Assembly (NCBI GenBank): GCA_039190745.1
Contig: JBCCXZ010000022.1
Span: 1-52,772, forward strand
Length of the DNA stretch: 52,772 nt
Origin: Planctomycetota bacterium
Lineage (GTDB): Bacteria; Planctomycetota; Planctomycetia; Pirellulales; Lacipirellulaceae
Reading direction: 5' to 3'
The position numbers and the translations under genes were made by a program. This document shows positions 9,035-17,737 of this stretch, piece after piece; the stretch's first letter is position 1; each line of letters starts with the position of its first letter. Under the pieces are notes generated by a model that made no database searches, was not told the DNA's origin, and was given only the letters and a program-made list of their open reading frames with translations.

Positions 9035-10777
9035 TTGGTGATTGATCGAATTCCAAACGCCGGCTTAAGGCTCTTGGCAGCGCTGCTGCTGGGGGTGACT
9101 GCTGCGCAGGGGACGCGCGCGGCGGAGCCTTTGTTTGAGGGGCCGGTTTGTTTGCCACCGCCTTCGCGGGAGGAGGTTCTTGTGCGGCTGCCGCCGGTGG
9201 GGTCACCCAACTTCGGGCCGAACAGCGTCGGGCCGCCGGCGGCGCCGGGGTACCTGCGGAGCATCACCCGCCACGGCGTCGCGCGGGGGGCGCCGATCCC
9301 TGCGGGCGTGGTGTCGGCGCACGCGCCGCCCTGGGAGCAGCTGCCCGCCCCCTCCGAGCACCCGGGCCAAGTGATGCGCGTCCATCCGCACGGGCACGAC
9401 CCGCGGTCGCACGAGGTGCACTCGTCGACAGGCGACTTCAGCCCCGACCCGTTCTACGAACACTTCGGCTGGGACGCGAACGCCGAGCTACGCATCTACG
9501 GCGGGAAGAAACCGGTCTACAATCCGCGGCCGCTGGTGGAGCTGGGGCTGCCGTTCTACGACCGAGGGCCGATCCCGCCGTCGCGCGACTTCCTGGGGCC
9601 GACCAACCTGGTGCAGCCGAAGCTTTACGTCTACGGCGACTTCCGCACCGCGGTGGCCACGAACCGGTTCAACGGCAACGAGCGGACCGTGTGGGCCAAC
9701 CGGCTGAACCTCGACATCGACTTCGCGGTGACCGCCACCGAACGGTTCCACATGTTCTGGGGGCCGCTCGACGAGCGGAACGTCGATTTTGTCGGCGTGG
9801 TGTTCGACGGCGACGACACCGATTATGTCGACGCCTGGGACGGCTGGGACGAGCGGACCGACGCGCTGTTCTTCGAGGGCGACCTCGGCTACATCGTCGG
9901 CGGGCTCACGGGCATCGAGGCGCCGTACGACCTGCCGTTCACGGTGGGGCTGATCCCGCTGCTCTTCCAGAACGGCATCTGGGTGGAAGACGCTTTCGTG
10001 GGCGCCGCGGCGACGATCCCCGCGCAGAACAGCCCGGGGTGGGACTTCTCGAACTTCGACACGACGGTGTTCATCGGCTTCGACGAGATCACCAACGCCG
10101 GCTTCGGCGGCGAGAACAACGCGGGCAGCATCGTCGGGTTCACGACGTTCATTGAACGCCGCGGCGGGTACATCGAGGCGGGGTACGCGTTCCTGGACGA
10201 CAGCCGGAACCTGGGCCGCTCGCACCACAGCTTCGCGGCCTCCTACACGCGGCGGTACCTAAACCTCGTGTCCAACTCGGTGCGGACGATCGTGAACACC
10301 GGGCAGGACGGCCCCCGCGACGCCCGCTCGGCCGACGGCGTGCTATTCCTCATGGAGAACAGCTTCCTGACGCGGTTGCCGTACAACGTGGTGCCGTACG
10401 CGAACCTTTTCGCCGGCTTCGGCACGCCCCGCCCGGCGGCGCGGCTCACCGGGCCGCTGCGGAACACGGGCATCAACTTCGAGACCGACTTCCTCACCGG
10501 CTACCCTTTCCTCGACGACACGGCGAACGACACCTACGGCGGCGCCGTGGGCATCGACCTGTTGGGTTACGACTACCGGCAGCAGCTGCTGCTGGAGCTG
10601 GCCACGGTGCAGGTGATGAGCGGCTCGGCCGTGGCCGGCGACCAGTACGCCTTCGGCGTGCGGTACCAGAAGGCGCTCAACAACGCCTGGCTGGTGCGGG
10701 CCGACGCGATGCACGGCTGGCTGGAGAACGCCGACGACATCTTCGGCGGGCGGGTGGAGCTGCGGCGGAAGTTCTAG
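9035..10777 (+). CDS. Putative outer-membrane beta-barrel (porin-like) protein
   Basis: Signal peptide, Pro-rich N-terminal region, aromatic/Gly-rich alternating beta segments, C-terminal ...GGRVELRRKF with terminal Phe; follows the pentaheme gene. Start codon uncertain (TTG 9035 or GTG 9038). Confidence 0.65.
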   Translation: MVIDRIPNAGLRLLAALLLGVTAAQGTRAAEPLFEGPVCLPPPSREEVLVRLPPVGSPNFGPNSVGPPAAPGYLRSITRHGVARGAPIPAGVVSAHAPPWEQLPAPSEHPGQVMRVHPHGHDPRSHEVHSSTGDFSPDPFYEHFGWDANAELRIYGGKKPVYNPRPLVELGLPFYDRGPIPPSRDFLGPTNLVQPKLYVYGDFRTAVATNRFNGNERTVWANRLNLDIDFAVTATERFHMFWGPLDERNVDFVGVVFDGDDTDYVDAWDGWDERTDALFFEGDLGYIVGGLTGIEAPYDLPFTVGLIPLLFQNGIWVEDAFVGAAATIPAQNSPGWDFSNFDTTVFIGFDEITNAGFGGENNAGSIVGFTTFIERRGGYIEAGYAFLDDSRNLGRSHHSFAASYTRRYLNLVSNSVRTIVNTGQDGPRDARSADGVLFLMENSFLTRLPYNVVPYANLFAGFGTPRPAARLTGPLRNTGINFETDFLTGYPFLDDTANDTYGGAVGIDLLGYDYRQQLLLELATVQVMSGSAVAGDQYAFGVRYQKALNNAWLVRADAMHGWLENADDIFGGRVELRRKF

Positions 10778-10787
10778 CAGAGTGGGT

Positions 10788-10861
10788 GTAGGATGGGTGC
10801 TCGCACCCATCAATGTCTAGCCATTCGTAATGCAATCGATGGGTGCGAGCACCCATCCTAC
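10788..10861. repeat. REPIN family C (GTAG-type), copy 1, 74 bp
   Basis: GTAGGATGGGTGCTCGCACCCATC, 26-nt spacer, GATGGGTGCGAGCACCCATCCTAC. Confidence 0.9.
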
Positions 10862-10875
10862 GCAACTAAAGAGGT

Positions 10876-11379
10876 GTGATCGTGGCCGAATGGGAAACAA
10901 TGACTAAGCTGTTCGACCTAACCCGGAAGATGGCGGCGGAGATGGCGGAAGGGATTCCATCCGAGCAGTTCGACGTTGCCAGCGGCGGGGCGAACAGCCC
11001 GAAGTGGATTGTGGGGCACCTCGCGCTCGGCATGGACTTCGGACTCATGCTGTTGGGCACGCCAACCGAGGAGCTTGAGGCCATGATGCCCACATACGGC
11101 CCCGGCAGTGCTGGGGGCTCGGTGGGAGACGACGGGCGTTCGCAAAGCGACTTGATTGCTCACCTGCGGACGACCGGCGACGCTTTGAGAACCAAAGTCC
11201 TTGAAGCCGATAGCCAGACATTCATGCAGAAGCAGCAGACGCCGTTCTTGGTCGATGAGTTGCCAACCGTTGGGGACCTGCTCGGCCATGTGTATACCAC
11301 TCACATTGCCCTGCACATGGGGCAGCTTTCTCAGATACGCCGTGAACTTGGCTTGCCGAGTTGGTACCAGGTAGCGTGA
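10876..11379 (+). CDS. DinB-superfamily protein
   Basis: NSPKWIVGHL and H-IAL-H-MGQLS-x-x-RR-x-LGLP; AAAGAGG just upstream; exact start uncertain. Confidence 0.75.
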   Translation: MIVAEWETMTKLFDLTRKMAAEMAEGIPSEQFDVASGGANSPKWIVGHLALGMDFGLMLLGTPTEELEAMMPTYGPGSAGGSVGDDGRSQSDLIAHLRTTGDALRTKVLEADSQTFMQKQQTPFLVDELPTVGDLLGHVYTTHIALHMGQLSQIRRELGLPSWYQVA

Positions 11380-11416
11380 CGCGGGGACGCGGAACGCGCT
11401 GGGATTCAGTTAGCTA

Positions 11417-11442
11417 GCAGGATGTGGCTCGCACTCATCCTA
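11417..11442. repeat. Degenerate single family C REP between convergent genes
   Basis: gcAGGATGtggcTCGCACtCATCCTA resembles the family C arm. Confidence 0.55.
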
Positions 11443-11448
11443 TCCTAA

Positions 11449-11898
11449 CTACTTTTCTGAATGTTTAGCGAGCACCTGAGAGCTCAGGACGAAAGACTTG
11501 TTCGTTACTACGATCTTTCCATCCTTGACGTAGTACGCCAGCTCTCTACGTTCCAAGGCGAGGCCCAGTGCCGTGCAGAGTCTGATCTTTTGGTCAATCT
11601 CTATGGTCATGGGCTCAGCAAGTGCGGCTTGCGTATTCGCTACCTTGCGTTCATCGAAGATGACAGTGGACCTTGCCTGTCTGGCAAGACTGGACAGCAA
11701 ATCCCTGAGGGGGAGTTCAGTGCAGTTCATGTCGACTTCTGCCAGAAAATGTGGAGACCGATACTTCGCGGGCACGGTATCCATGAACGACGAATGAACA
11801 TCCAGAACACGGCCTGGCATGTCCGTCGCTTTGGGCGGTGCGTCGTAGGTGACCACCGCTAAGGCGACGCTGAGGCATGTGAGAACTTGGGCGTTCAT
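11449..11898 (-). CDS. Small secreted hypothetical protein with an STN-like (secretin/TonB N-terminal) domain
   Basis: Signal peptide MNAQVLTCLSVALAVV; PLRDLLSSLARQ...IFDE...PMTIEI...LCTALGLALERRELAYYVKDGKIVVT pattern. Confidence 0.55.
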   Translation of the reverse strand: MNAQVLTCLSVALAVVTYDAPPKATDMPGRVLDVHSSFMDTVPAKYRSPHFLAEVDMNCTELPLRDLLSSLARQARSTVIFDERKVANTQAALAEPMTIEIDQKIRLCTALGLALERRELAYYVKDGKIVVTNKSFVLSSQVLAKHSEK

Positions 11899-11977
11899 CC
11901 GAGTCACTCCCGATGGGTTGGTTGACACTCCGCGACAGGATGCGGCACTGTACTGGACGTCTCGGCAGCATCCAACA

Positions 11978-12051
11978 GTAGGATGGGTGCTCGCACCCAT
12001 CGATTGCCATACGACCAATGCAACAATGATGGGTGCAAGCACCCATCCTAC
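11978..12051. repeat. REPIN family C, copy 2, 74 bp
   Basis: GTAGGATGGGTGCTCGCACCCATC, 26-nt spacer, GATGGGTGCAAGCACCCATCCTAC; its end supplies the TAG stop of the decaheme gene. Confidence 0.9.
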
Positions 12052-13997
12052 CGCTCCCGCTCAACGCTCCAACTCACATGATAGTTGTGGCACTTCTGAC
12101 AACTATCACCCGCGGCTTGCGGGGTGTGACAGGAGGCGCAGAGGTTCTTCTCGACCGGCAGGAAGCCCGGGGTGAACTGGTGCGGGTCGTGGCCGGTGTA
12201 GCTGGCGGAGACGCTCGCCGCGGCGTCGACCGTGTGGCAGGCGGAGCAGTCGGCCAGCAGCGGCTGCAGGACGTGCGGGCGGTGGGAGAACTTGGTGAAC
12301 GGCTTGCCGGCTCGGCCGGTGGAGGCTTGCCAGTGGATGTGCCAACGGCCGTCGGCCCGCTGGTCGAGACTGTGGCAGCTGCCGCATTGGCCGGGGGCGG
12401 TGGGGGCCATCGCTTCGACCAAGAGCGGCCCGACCAGGTGGCCGAGTTCGCCGCTGGCGGCTTCGGCGGCGAGGTCGAGCCACGCGGCGAGCCAGGCGGC
12501 GTCGTGCCCCGCGGGGTGGTAGCGGAGCACGGCGAGCGTGTTGTCCCACACCCAGCCGCCGACGGGCTTGGTTTCGGCGGGTGAATCGGTTGGCGGTTCG
12601 TCCCGCAAGGCGGCGACGAGCTGGCCGACCGTCGCGGGCGAGAGTCCGGCGGCTAAGCGGTTCACCTCTTCAGGAGAAAGCTCACGCCCCACGAGCCGCT
12701 CCGCGGAGGCACCGATGGCGGCTTGGCCGTCAGCGGCGATGGCGTCGACCAGGCGTTGGATGCCGCACGCCACAGCGGCGGCCGCAGCGACGTCGTCGCG
12801 GTCGTCGGGGTCGACGTCGAAGAAATCGAACCGCGGGCCGAGTTGGTCGATCGCCTCGCACGGGTCGGGGTCGGCCAGGAGCAGCAGCTTGGCGGGCATG
12901 GGGAGCATGCCGTCGAAGTCGCCGTCGAGCGACTCGGGCCAGCCGGGCAGGTCGTGACCGCCCTTCTCGATCTGCACTGTGTCGAGCATCGGCAGCGACA
13001 ACAGCGGCACGCCCCCGGCGAGCGAAGCGCCCAGCGATTCATCGTGGCACGAAGCGCACGCGGTTTGGTAGCCAAGGGTCCGTTGCGCGCCGGTCGTCGG
13101 GTCGAGCTCGTGGCAGCTCGCACAGGTAAAATCGGTCTTCCGCTCGGGGTGGTGCTTCAGCTGGTGCGAGGCGTGGTCGAAGGCGATGCCGGTCCGCCGG
13201 CGGTGCGGCCAATCGGTGAACTCGGGGTGGTCGCCGGCGAAGCTGTGGTACCGCTCCTGATGGCAGGCCTGGCAGCTCTGGTTGGACATCAGCGACAGGT
13301 CGTGGCCCGCGCCGTGGTGCTCGCGGTGGCACGCGGAGCAGGCGAGCGGCTCGCGGGGGTCGAACCGGCGGCCGCTGGAGGAAGTGGCTCCGGCCAGGAG
13401 CACCTCGGGGTCCATGCTGTGCGGCCCGGTCGCGACCGGCGGCGGGATGTCTTCGCCGTGGCAGTTCAAGCAGAGCGTGGTCTGGGTCTTCTCCGAAGGG
13501 CCGCTGCTCACCAGCGACGCGGCCCACTGGAGCGTGCCGTCGTCGGCTGCGGGGTGGCAGGTGGCGCAGCTCGCGGTGGGCGCGAGCCCATCGACGATCT
13601 GCGCGTGGTGCGTCGAGAGCGGCCCGGGTTTGAGCACGGCGTTCCGCTGCTCGCTGCTGAGCAGCATGAGCGCAGCGCCTGTGGCGGCGAGCAGCACGAC
13701 GGTGGCGATGCGGCCGCGGACGGTGCGCATCGTGCGGACCGGGCTGCACCGCAGGACGTGCGTGCATGCGCCGTCCGGTTCGGGCCCCTCAGGGCACGGG
13801 CCGCCGCGTTCGGGCGAGCGGTTGCAGCGCCAGCGGTCGCCGTCGCGCACCGGCCGGCAGAGGGCCAGCTTCGGGCAGCTGCCGCCCGCGGCGGGGCCGG
13901 TCGGGCACGGCTGGCCGGTGTCGGTCTGACCGCAGACCCACGGCTGGTTCGGCCGCTCGTAGGCGTCGCCCTGCTGCTCTTGAAGGCGCTCTCTCAC
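12048..13997 (-). CDS. Membrane-anchored decaheme c-type cytochrome (cytochrome c3-like) with a Cys-rich N-terminal domain
   Basis: GTG start overlaps the upstream TGA (GTGA); ten CxxCH (CATCH, CLNCH, CSACH, CQACH, CASCH, CASCH, CGSCH, CSACH, CASCH, CQKCH); FDHASH and FSHRPH axial-ligand motifs; one TM helix after an 8-Cys region. Confidence 0.88.
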   Translation of the reverse strand: MRERLQEQQGDAYERPNQPWVCGQTDTGQPCPTGPAAGGSCPKLALCRPVRDGDRWRCNRSPERGGPCPEGPEPDGACTHVLRCSPVRTMRTVRGRIATVVLLAATGAALMLLSSEQRNAVLKPGPLSTHHAQIVDGLAPTASCATCHPAADDGTLQWAASLVSSGPSEKTQTTLCLNCHGEDIPPPVATGPHSMDPEVLLAGATSSSGRRFDPREPLACSACHREHHGAGHDLSLMSNQSCQACHQERYHSFAGDHPEFTDWPHRRRTGIAFDHASHQLKHHPERKTDFTCASCHELDPTTGAQRTLGYQTACASCHDESLGASLAGGVPLLSLPMLDTVQIEKGGHDLPGWPESLDGDFDGMLPMPAKLLLLADPDPCEAIDQLGPRFDFFDVDPDDRDDVAAAAAVACGIQRLVDAIAADGQAAIGASAERLVGRELSPEEVNRLAAGLSPATVGQLVAALRDEPPTDSPAETKPVGGWVWDNTLAVLRYHPAGHDAAWLAAWLDLAAEAASGELGHLVGPLLVEAMAPTAPGQCGSCHSLDQRADGRWHIHWQASTGRAGKPFTKFSHRPHVLQPLLADCSACHTVDAAASVSASYTGHDPHQFTPGFLPVEKNLCASCHTPQAAGDSCQKCHNYHVSWSVERER

Positions 13998-14821
13998 GGC
14001 AGCCCCCCGCTGAACGCGTGGGCAACCAGACCGTGAATAACCGCCAGGATCAGCAGCGGGTAGGTGAGCGCGATGTGCACGAACAACCACGCCTTCAGCC
14101 GCCATTGCAGCGCCGCGTGGTAGTCGAGGTCGTCCCGCTTGCGGACGAGCGCGAACAGCTCTTCGCCGGCGGACTGCTCGGCGTCGGAGAGGAACCGGCT
14201 GGCCTCGGTGAGGTCGGCCATCAGCGCGCGGCGGCGGCGGTTGGTCGGCCACAAGAAGTAGCCCCACTCGCGGGGCTGCTCGAAGTACGCGGCGAGGTGC
14301 TTCGAGTAGACGCCGGCCAGGGTCGTCGAGCCGGTCGCGGCGATCGTGCTGAGCACCGCTTCCTCGGCCAGCTCGCGGACCTGGTTGCGCAGCGCAGGGA
14401 TGCGTTCGTAGATTACCTCTTCGCCAACGCGGGCGAGCTTGAGAGGCAGCGTGCGCGTCCAGTACAGCCCCAGCACGCCGCTCGCTGCGGTGGCGGCGAA
14501 CAGCGCGGCGAGCGTGCCCTCGAGCCAACCGTCCGGCCAACAGAGCCCCGTGTGCATCAGGAACACGGCGACCGAGCCTAGGCCCGTGTAGACGTGCAGC
14601 TGCATCCACCACCGCGAGGCGCCAAGCGGGGCGGCCGCGAAGCGTTTGCGTGTGTTGTAGAGCGCGAGCAACACGAGCGCCCCAAGCAGGACGTAGCCGG
14701 TGAAGAACGACGAATCGCCCAGAGAGCGGTCGACGCGGAGCCGCTCGGCGTAGACCGCGCCCAGCACCGTGGCGAGCGTCGCGGCGCCCTTGAGTCGCTT
14801 GGTGGTTAGGAAGCCGGGCAT
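13994..14821 (-). CDS. Integral membrane protein with four TM histidines (cytochrome b / ferric-reductase-TM-like)
   Basis: Several hydrophobic helices; WMQLHVYTG, FLMHTG, WLFVHIALT, AVIHG; TGATG coupling to the upstream gene. Confidence 0.65.
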   Translation of the reverse strand: MPGFLTTKRLKGAATLATVLGAVYAERLRVDRSLGDSSFFTGYVLLGALVLLALYNTRKRFAAAPLGASRWWMQLHVYTGLGSVAVFLMHTGLCWPDGWLEGTLAALFAATAASGVLGLYWTRTLPLKLARVGEEVIYERIPALRNQVRELAEEAVLSTIAATGSTTLAGVYSKHLAAYFEQPREWGYFLWPTNRRRRALMADLTEASRFLSDAEQSAGEELFALVRKRDDLDYHAALQWRLKAWLFVHIALTYPLLILAVIHGLVAHAFSGGLP

Positions 14822-16548
14822 CACGACGCCCCCAGCCGGCCGAGTTCGCCGACGTTGCCCAGGTCGATCCGCACGAGTGCGTCGTGCGGGCAGGCGTGGA
14901 CACACGCCGGGCCCGTCGGCAGGCCGACGCACAGGTCGCACTTGGTCGCCTTGAGCAGCGGGAGCATGCTCTCTTCGTCCACCGCGGTGGCACCGTGGAC
15001 GTCGCGGACCTCGACCATGCGGATGTTGTCGTACGGGCAGCTCGACGCGCAGACGCCGCAGCCGATGCAGGTGGGGTCGTTGATCTGCACGACGCCGCTA
15101 CCGAGGTCGCGGCCAATGGCGCCGGTGGGGCAGCCGATCATGCACACCGGGTCGACACAGTGCATACAGGCGTGGGTCACCAGGTGGTTGCCGTGCCGGG
15201 TGCCGTGGCGGAGGAAGCGAGGGTTGCCGTCGTGGGCTGTGGCGCAGGCCCTTACGCAATCGTCGCAGCGGGTGCAGCGGTCCAGATCGATGGCCATCGC
15301 CTGCCGGCCGTTGATGAGCCGCTCTTCCACGACAAACTCGAGCAAACCGCCCTGCCCCGCCGAGTCGGGCAGCCCCTGGTCGTCGGCGGCGTGCTCGACG
15401 CGGTGCTGCTTAGCGAGCTCCGTCAGGCGCTCGGGCGGCAGGCGGGGGAAGACGTGCTCCTCGAGCACCGACTGTCGGATGCGGAGCACGTCGACGTACC
15501 CGATCGCGCGGAGCGATTGCCGGTAGTCGCACGGGCGGCCTTCGCGAGAAGCTTGCAGTGCTTCGGCGAGCCCGAACACGCGGCCCTTGCCGAGGTACTT
15601 GACCGTGCGGTGGCCGCTGCCGAAGCGGTGGCTCTGCCGGGCGAAGCCGGAGCGGACGAGCACCACGCCGTCGGCGGGCGTTTCTTCTTCGGCGATCACC
15701 GGCTCGGCGGCGATCAGTTCGGGGCCCTTGGCGCCCACGGGGTGGTCGGCGTTCCAGTCGAAGCGGCCGAAAGACTCGAACTCCGCCGCATCGGCGACCG
15801 CGTCGAGGCTCTCCCGTGGTAGGCCTGCAAAGAGCGGCGTCTCTTGCAGGTGCAGCGCGAGGTCGTTCTGACGGTAGAGCCGTTCCACGGTTTCTTGGAG
15901 CGCGGGGCTGTACCGCATCAGGTCGCGCAGACCCTGCCAGCGCAGCTCCAAGAGCGACGCCGGGCCTTGAGCCAGCACCGTGCACGGCCGCTGGCTCCGC
16001 GTCAGCGCCGAGTACTCGCCGAACAACTCGCCGGCGTGCATCTGGGCGGTCCGTGTGCCGGCGAGCACCCGCGGGATGTCTTGCAGGAACACGTGCGGCG
16101 GGGCGTCCACGGCGCCCGGCTCGGGCCGGAGGTTGGCCATACGTCCCGGCTGGTCGCGGAGCTCGGGGAGCCGCGTGCGGCGGAAACCCTGTGCGATTGT
16201 CTTCCACCAGCTCGGGGGCGTTTCGGGCGGCTTGCCGAAGGCCTCGGCGGGGAGGCTGTCGACCACCACGCGGACCGTTCCAGAGAGGATCAGGAAAGCG
16301 CTGTGGCCGTAGTCGCCCTCGCGGACGACGACGTCGCCGTCGGCGTAGCGGACCACGCGGGTGTCGCTCTTGAGGATGCCTTCGAGCGGCAGCGCGGCGG
16401 GGAAGGCGCCGGCGTCCATCGAAGCGAAGGGCTCGGCGCCGAGCAGCTTCTCGACGTCCACGGCGCGCATCCGGCTGTCGAACGGCACGTCCCACCGCTG
16501 GGGGCGCTGGACGGCGACTTCGAGACCAGGCGTGGCGGGCGTGCTCAT
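14821..16548 (-). CDS. Tandem cyclic-nucleotide-binding domains fused to a 4x[4Fe-4S] (DmsB/NrfC-type) ferredoxin domain
   Basis: VVREGDYGHSAFLILSGTV...GELFGEYSALTRSQR; second CNB IAEEETPADGVVLVRSG...LGKGRVFG; Cys groups CTRCDDCVRAC, CMHCVDPVCMIGCP, CIGCGVCASSCP, CDLC...PACVHACP. Confidence 0.9.
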   Translation of the reverse strand: MSTPATPGLEVAVQRPQRWDVPFDSRMRAVDVEKLLGAEPFASMDAGAFPAALPLEGILKSDTRVVRYADGDVVVREGDYGHSAFLILSGTVRVVVDSLPAEAFGKPPETPPSWWKTIAQGFRRTRLPELRDQPGRMANLRPEPGAVDAPPHVFLQDIPRVLAGTRTAQMHAGELFGEYSALTRSQRPCTVLAQGPASLLELRWQGLRDLMRYSPALQETVERLYRQNDLALHLQETPLFAGLPRESLDAVADAAEFESFGRFDWNADHPVGAKGPELIAAEPVIAEEETPADGVVLVRSGFARQSHRFGSGHRTVKYLGKGRVFGLAEALQASREGRPCDYRQSLRAIGYVDVLRIRQSVLEEHVFPRLPPERLTELAKQHRVEHAADDQGLPDSAGQGGLLEFVVEERLINGRQAMAIDLDRCTRCDDCVRACATAHDGNPRFLRHGTRHGNHLVTHACMHCVDPVCMIGCPTGAIGRDLGSGVVQINDPTCIGCGVCASSCPYDNIRMVEVRDVHGATAVDEESMLPLLKATKCDLCVGLPTGPACVHACPHDALVRIDLGNVGELGRLGAS

Positions 16549-16587
16549 GCGGCTGTGTTTGGGAAACCGTGTTCTCGTCTGGCCCGC

Positions 16588-17586
16588 TTACTTGTATTCG
16601 GTCGGCTTCGGCAGCACGGCGTCGATCGCGGCGAGATCGGCGCCGTCGGCCGTTTCGGCGAAGTTGCTCGCGGCGCGGCCGATCAGGTCGGCGGCGGCGT
16701 TGAGCGAGCGGCCTTGGTTGAGCTTGAGCGGCACGCTGAGCGCGGCCTCGTGGGCGGCGTCGATGTCTGGGTTGTCGAGCAGTTGCTGCAGCGCGTGGAG
16801 GCGCTTCTTCAGCCGCGCCGCGCGGCGGGCCGAGGCGACGCCGAACGTGGCCTTCTCGGTCGCTTTCGCCGTGGCGCGGAAGCTGGCCTCCAAATCGGCC
16901 AGCAGGCCGACGACGTACATCTTGCGGAGCCGCTCGGGGCTGCTGGGTTGGTTCACGTCTGCCCCAGAGCGGAGGAAGTTGTGCCGCACGCGGCCCTGCG
17001 ACCAGGCGACCAGCTCGAAGTCGTCGCTGCCGGCGGGGTGTCCGCCCCGGTTGACCAGCTCCTCCTCAGGCGTGGTGTGGCACGCCAGGCACTGCCGGGC
17101 GATGAGGTAGAGGTTCGCCGGGTTGTTCATGCCCGCGGCGACGCTGTCGACGATGCGCTGGCGGCGGTGCTCTTCGCTCTCGCTCTCCTTTGTGGCGTTG
17201 GGGCCGCCGTAGTCGTGGTGCAGCGTGAGCCAGTCTTTGGCCCCGCCGTGGCACGACTCGCACGAGACGCCGGAGATCACCCGCACCCGGCCGTTGTCCG
17301 CTTCGCGGCGGGTGTAGTGGCACTTCACGCAGGTGTCGTTGCGTTTGACGCTGCGGAAGCCGAGCTTCTCGGCGATCGCTTTGGCTTCCGGCGAGCGGTG
17401 CAGCGCCTCGAAGGTTTGCGCGTGGGGCGTGGCCTTCCAGGTGGCGATCTCGGGGTCGTGGCATTTGGCGCACGACTCGACGCCGAGGACGTTCGCTGGG
17501 TCGCAGCGGATATCGACCGTTGCGTCGTCCTGCTGGGCCGCGGCGGGGGGTGTTCCAAACGTTACAAGGGCTGCGGCAATGACCAT
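16588..17586 (-). CDS. Tetraheme c-type cytochrome (c554-like)
   Basis: Signal peptide; CAKCH, CVKCH, CESCH, CLACH; W..T.HA motif. The start could lie further upstream (frame is open to 17718). Confidence 0.87.
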   Translation of the reverse strand: MVIAAALVTFGTPPAAAQQDDATVDIRCDPANVLGVESCAKCHDPEIATWKATPHAQTFEALHRSPEAKAIAEKLGFRSVKRNDTCVKCHYTRREADNGRVRVISGVSCESCHGGAKDWLTLHHDYGGPNATKESESEEHRRQRIVDSVAAGMNNPANLYLIARQCLACHTTPEEELVNRGGHPAGSDDFELVAWSQGRVRHNFLRSGADVNQPSSPERLRKMYVVGLLADLEASFRATAKATEKATFGVASARRAARLKKRLHALQQLLDNPDIDAAHEAALSVPLKLNQGRSLNAAADLIGRAASNFAETADGADLAAIDAVLPKPTEYK

Positions 17587-17605
17587 GTATAAGCGCAGCG
17601 ATTCT

Positions 17606-17676
17606 GTAGGAGGCCTCTCCGAGGCCGATTTCGGTCTCCATTGGAACATGGAATCGGCCTCAGAGAGGTCTCCCAC
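17606..17676. repeat. REPIN-like family B, copy 2, 71 bp
   Basis: GTAGGAGGCCTCTCCGAGGCCGATT ... AATCGGCCTCAGAGAGGTCTCCCAC. Confidence 0.85.
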
Positions 17677-17737
17677 AGTTATGTACCGGGCTGTCACCTG
17701 AGTTGGCAGCGCTGTCAATGCAGAGGACTCCTCAGGT

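Noticed and set aside
10788..12051. 24-nt repeats with 26-nt spacers as a CRISPR array
   Set aside because: The repeats are inverted pairs with GTAG ends rather than a direct-repeat array, and no cas genes are present; REPIN fits better.
13998..15116. N-terminal 373 codons of the 1022-aa ORF
   Set aside because: Arg/Ala-rich off-frame read overlapping two better-supported genes; the GTGA-coupled start at 13997 is preferred.
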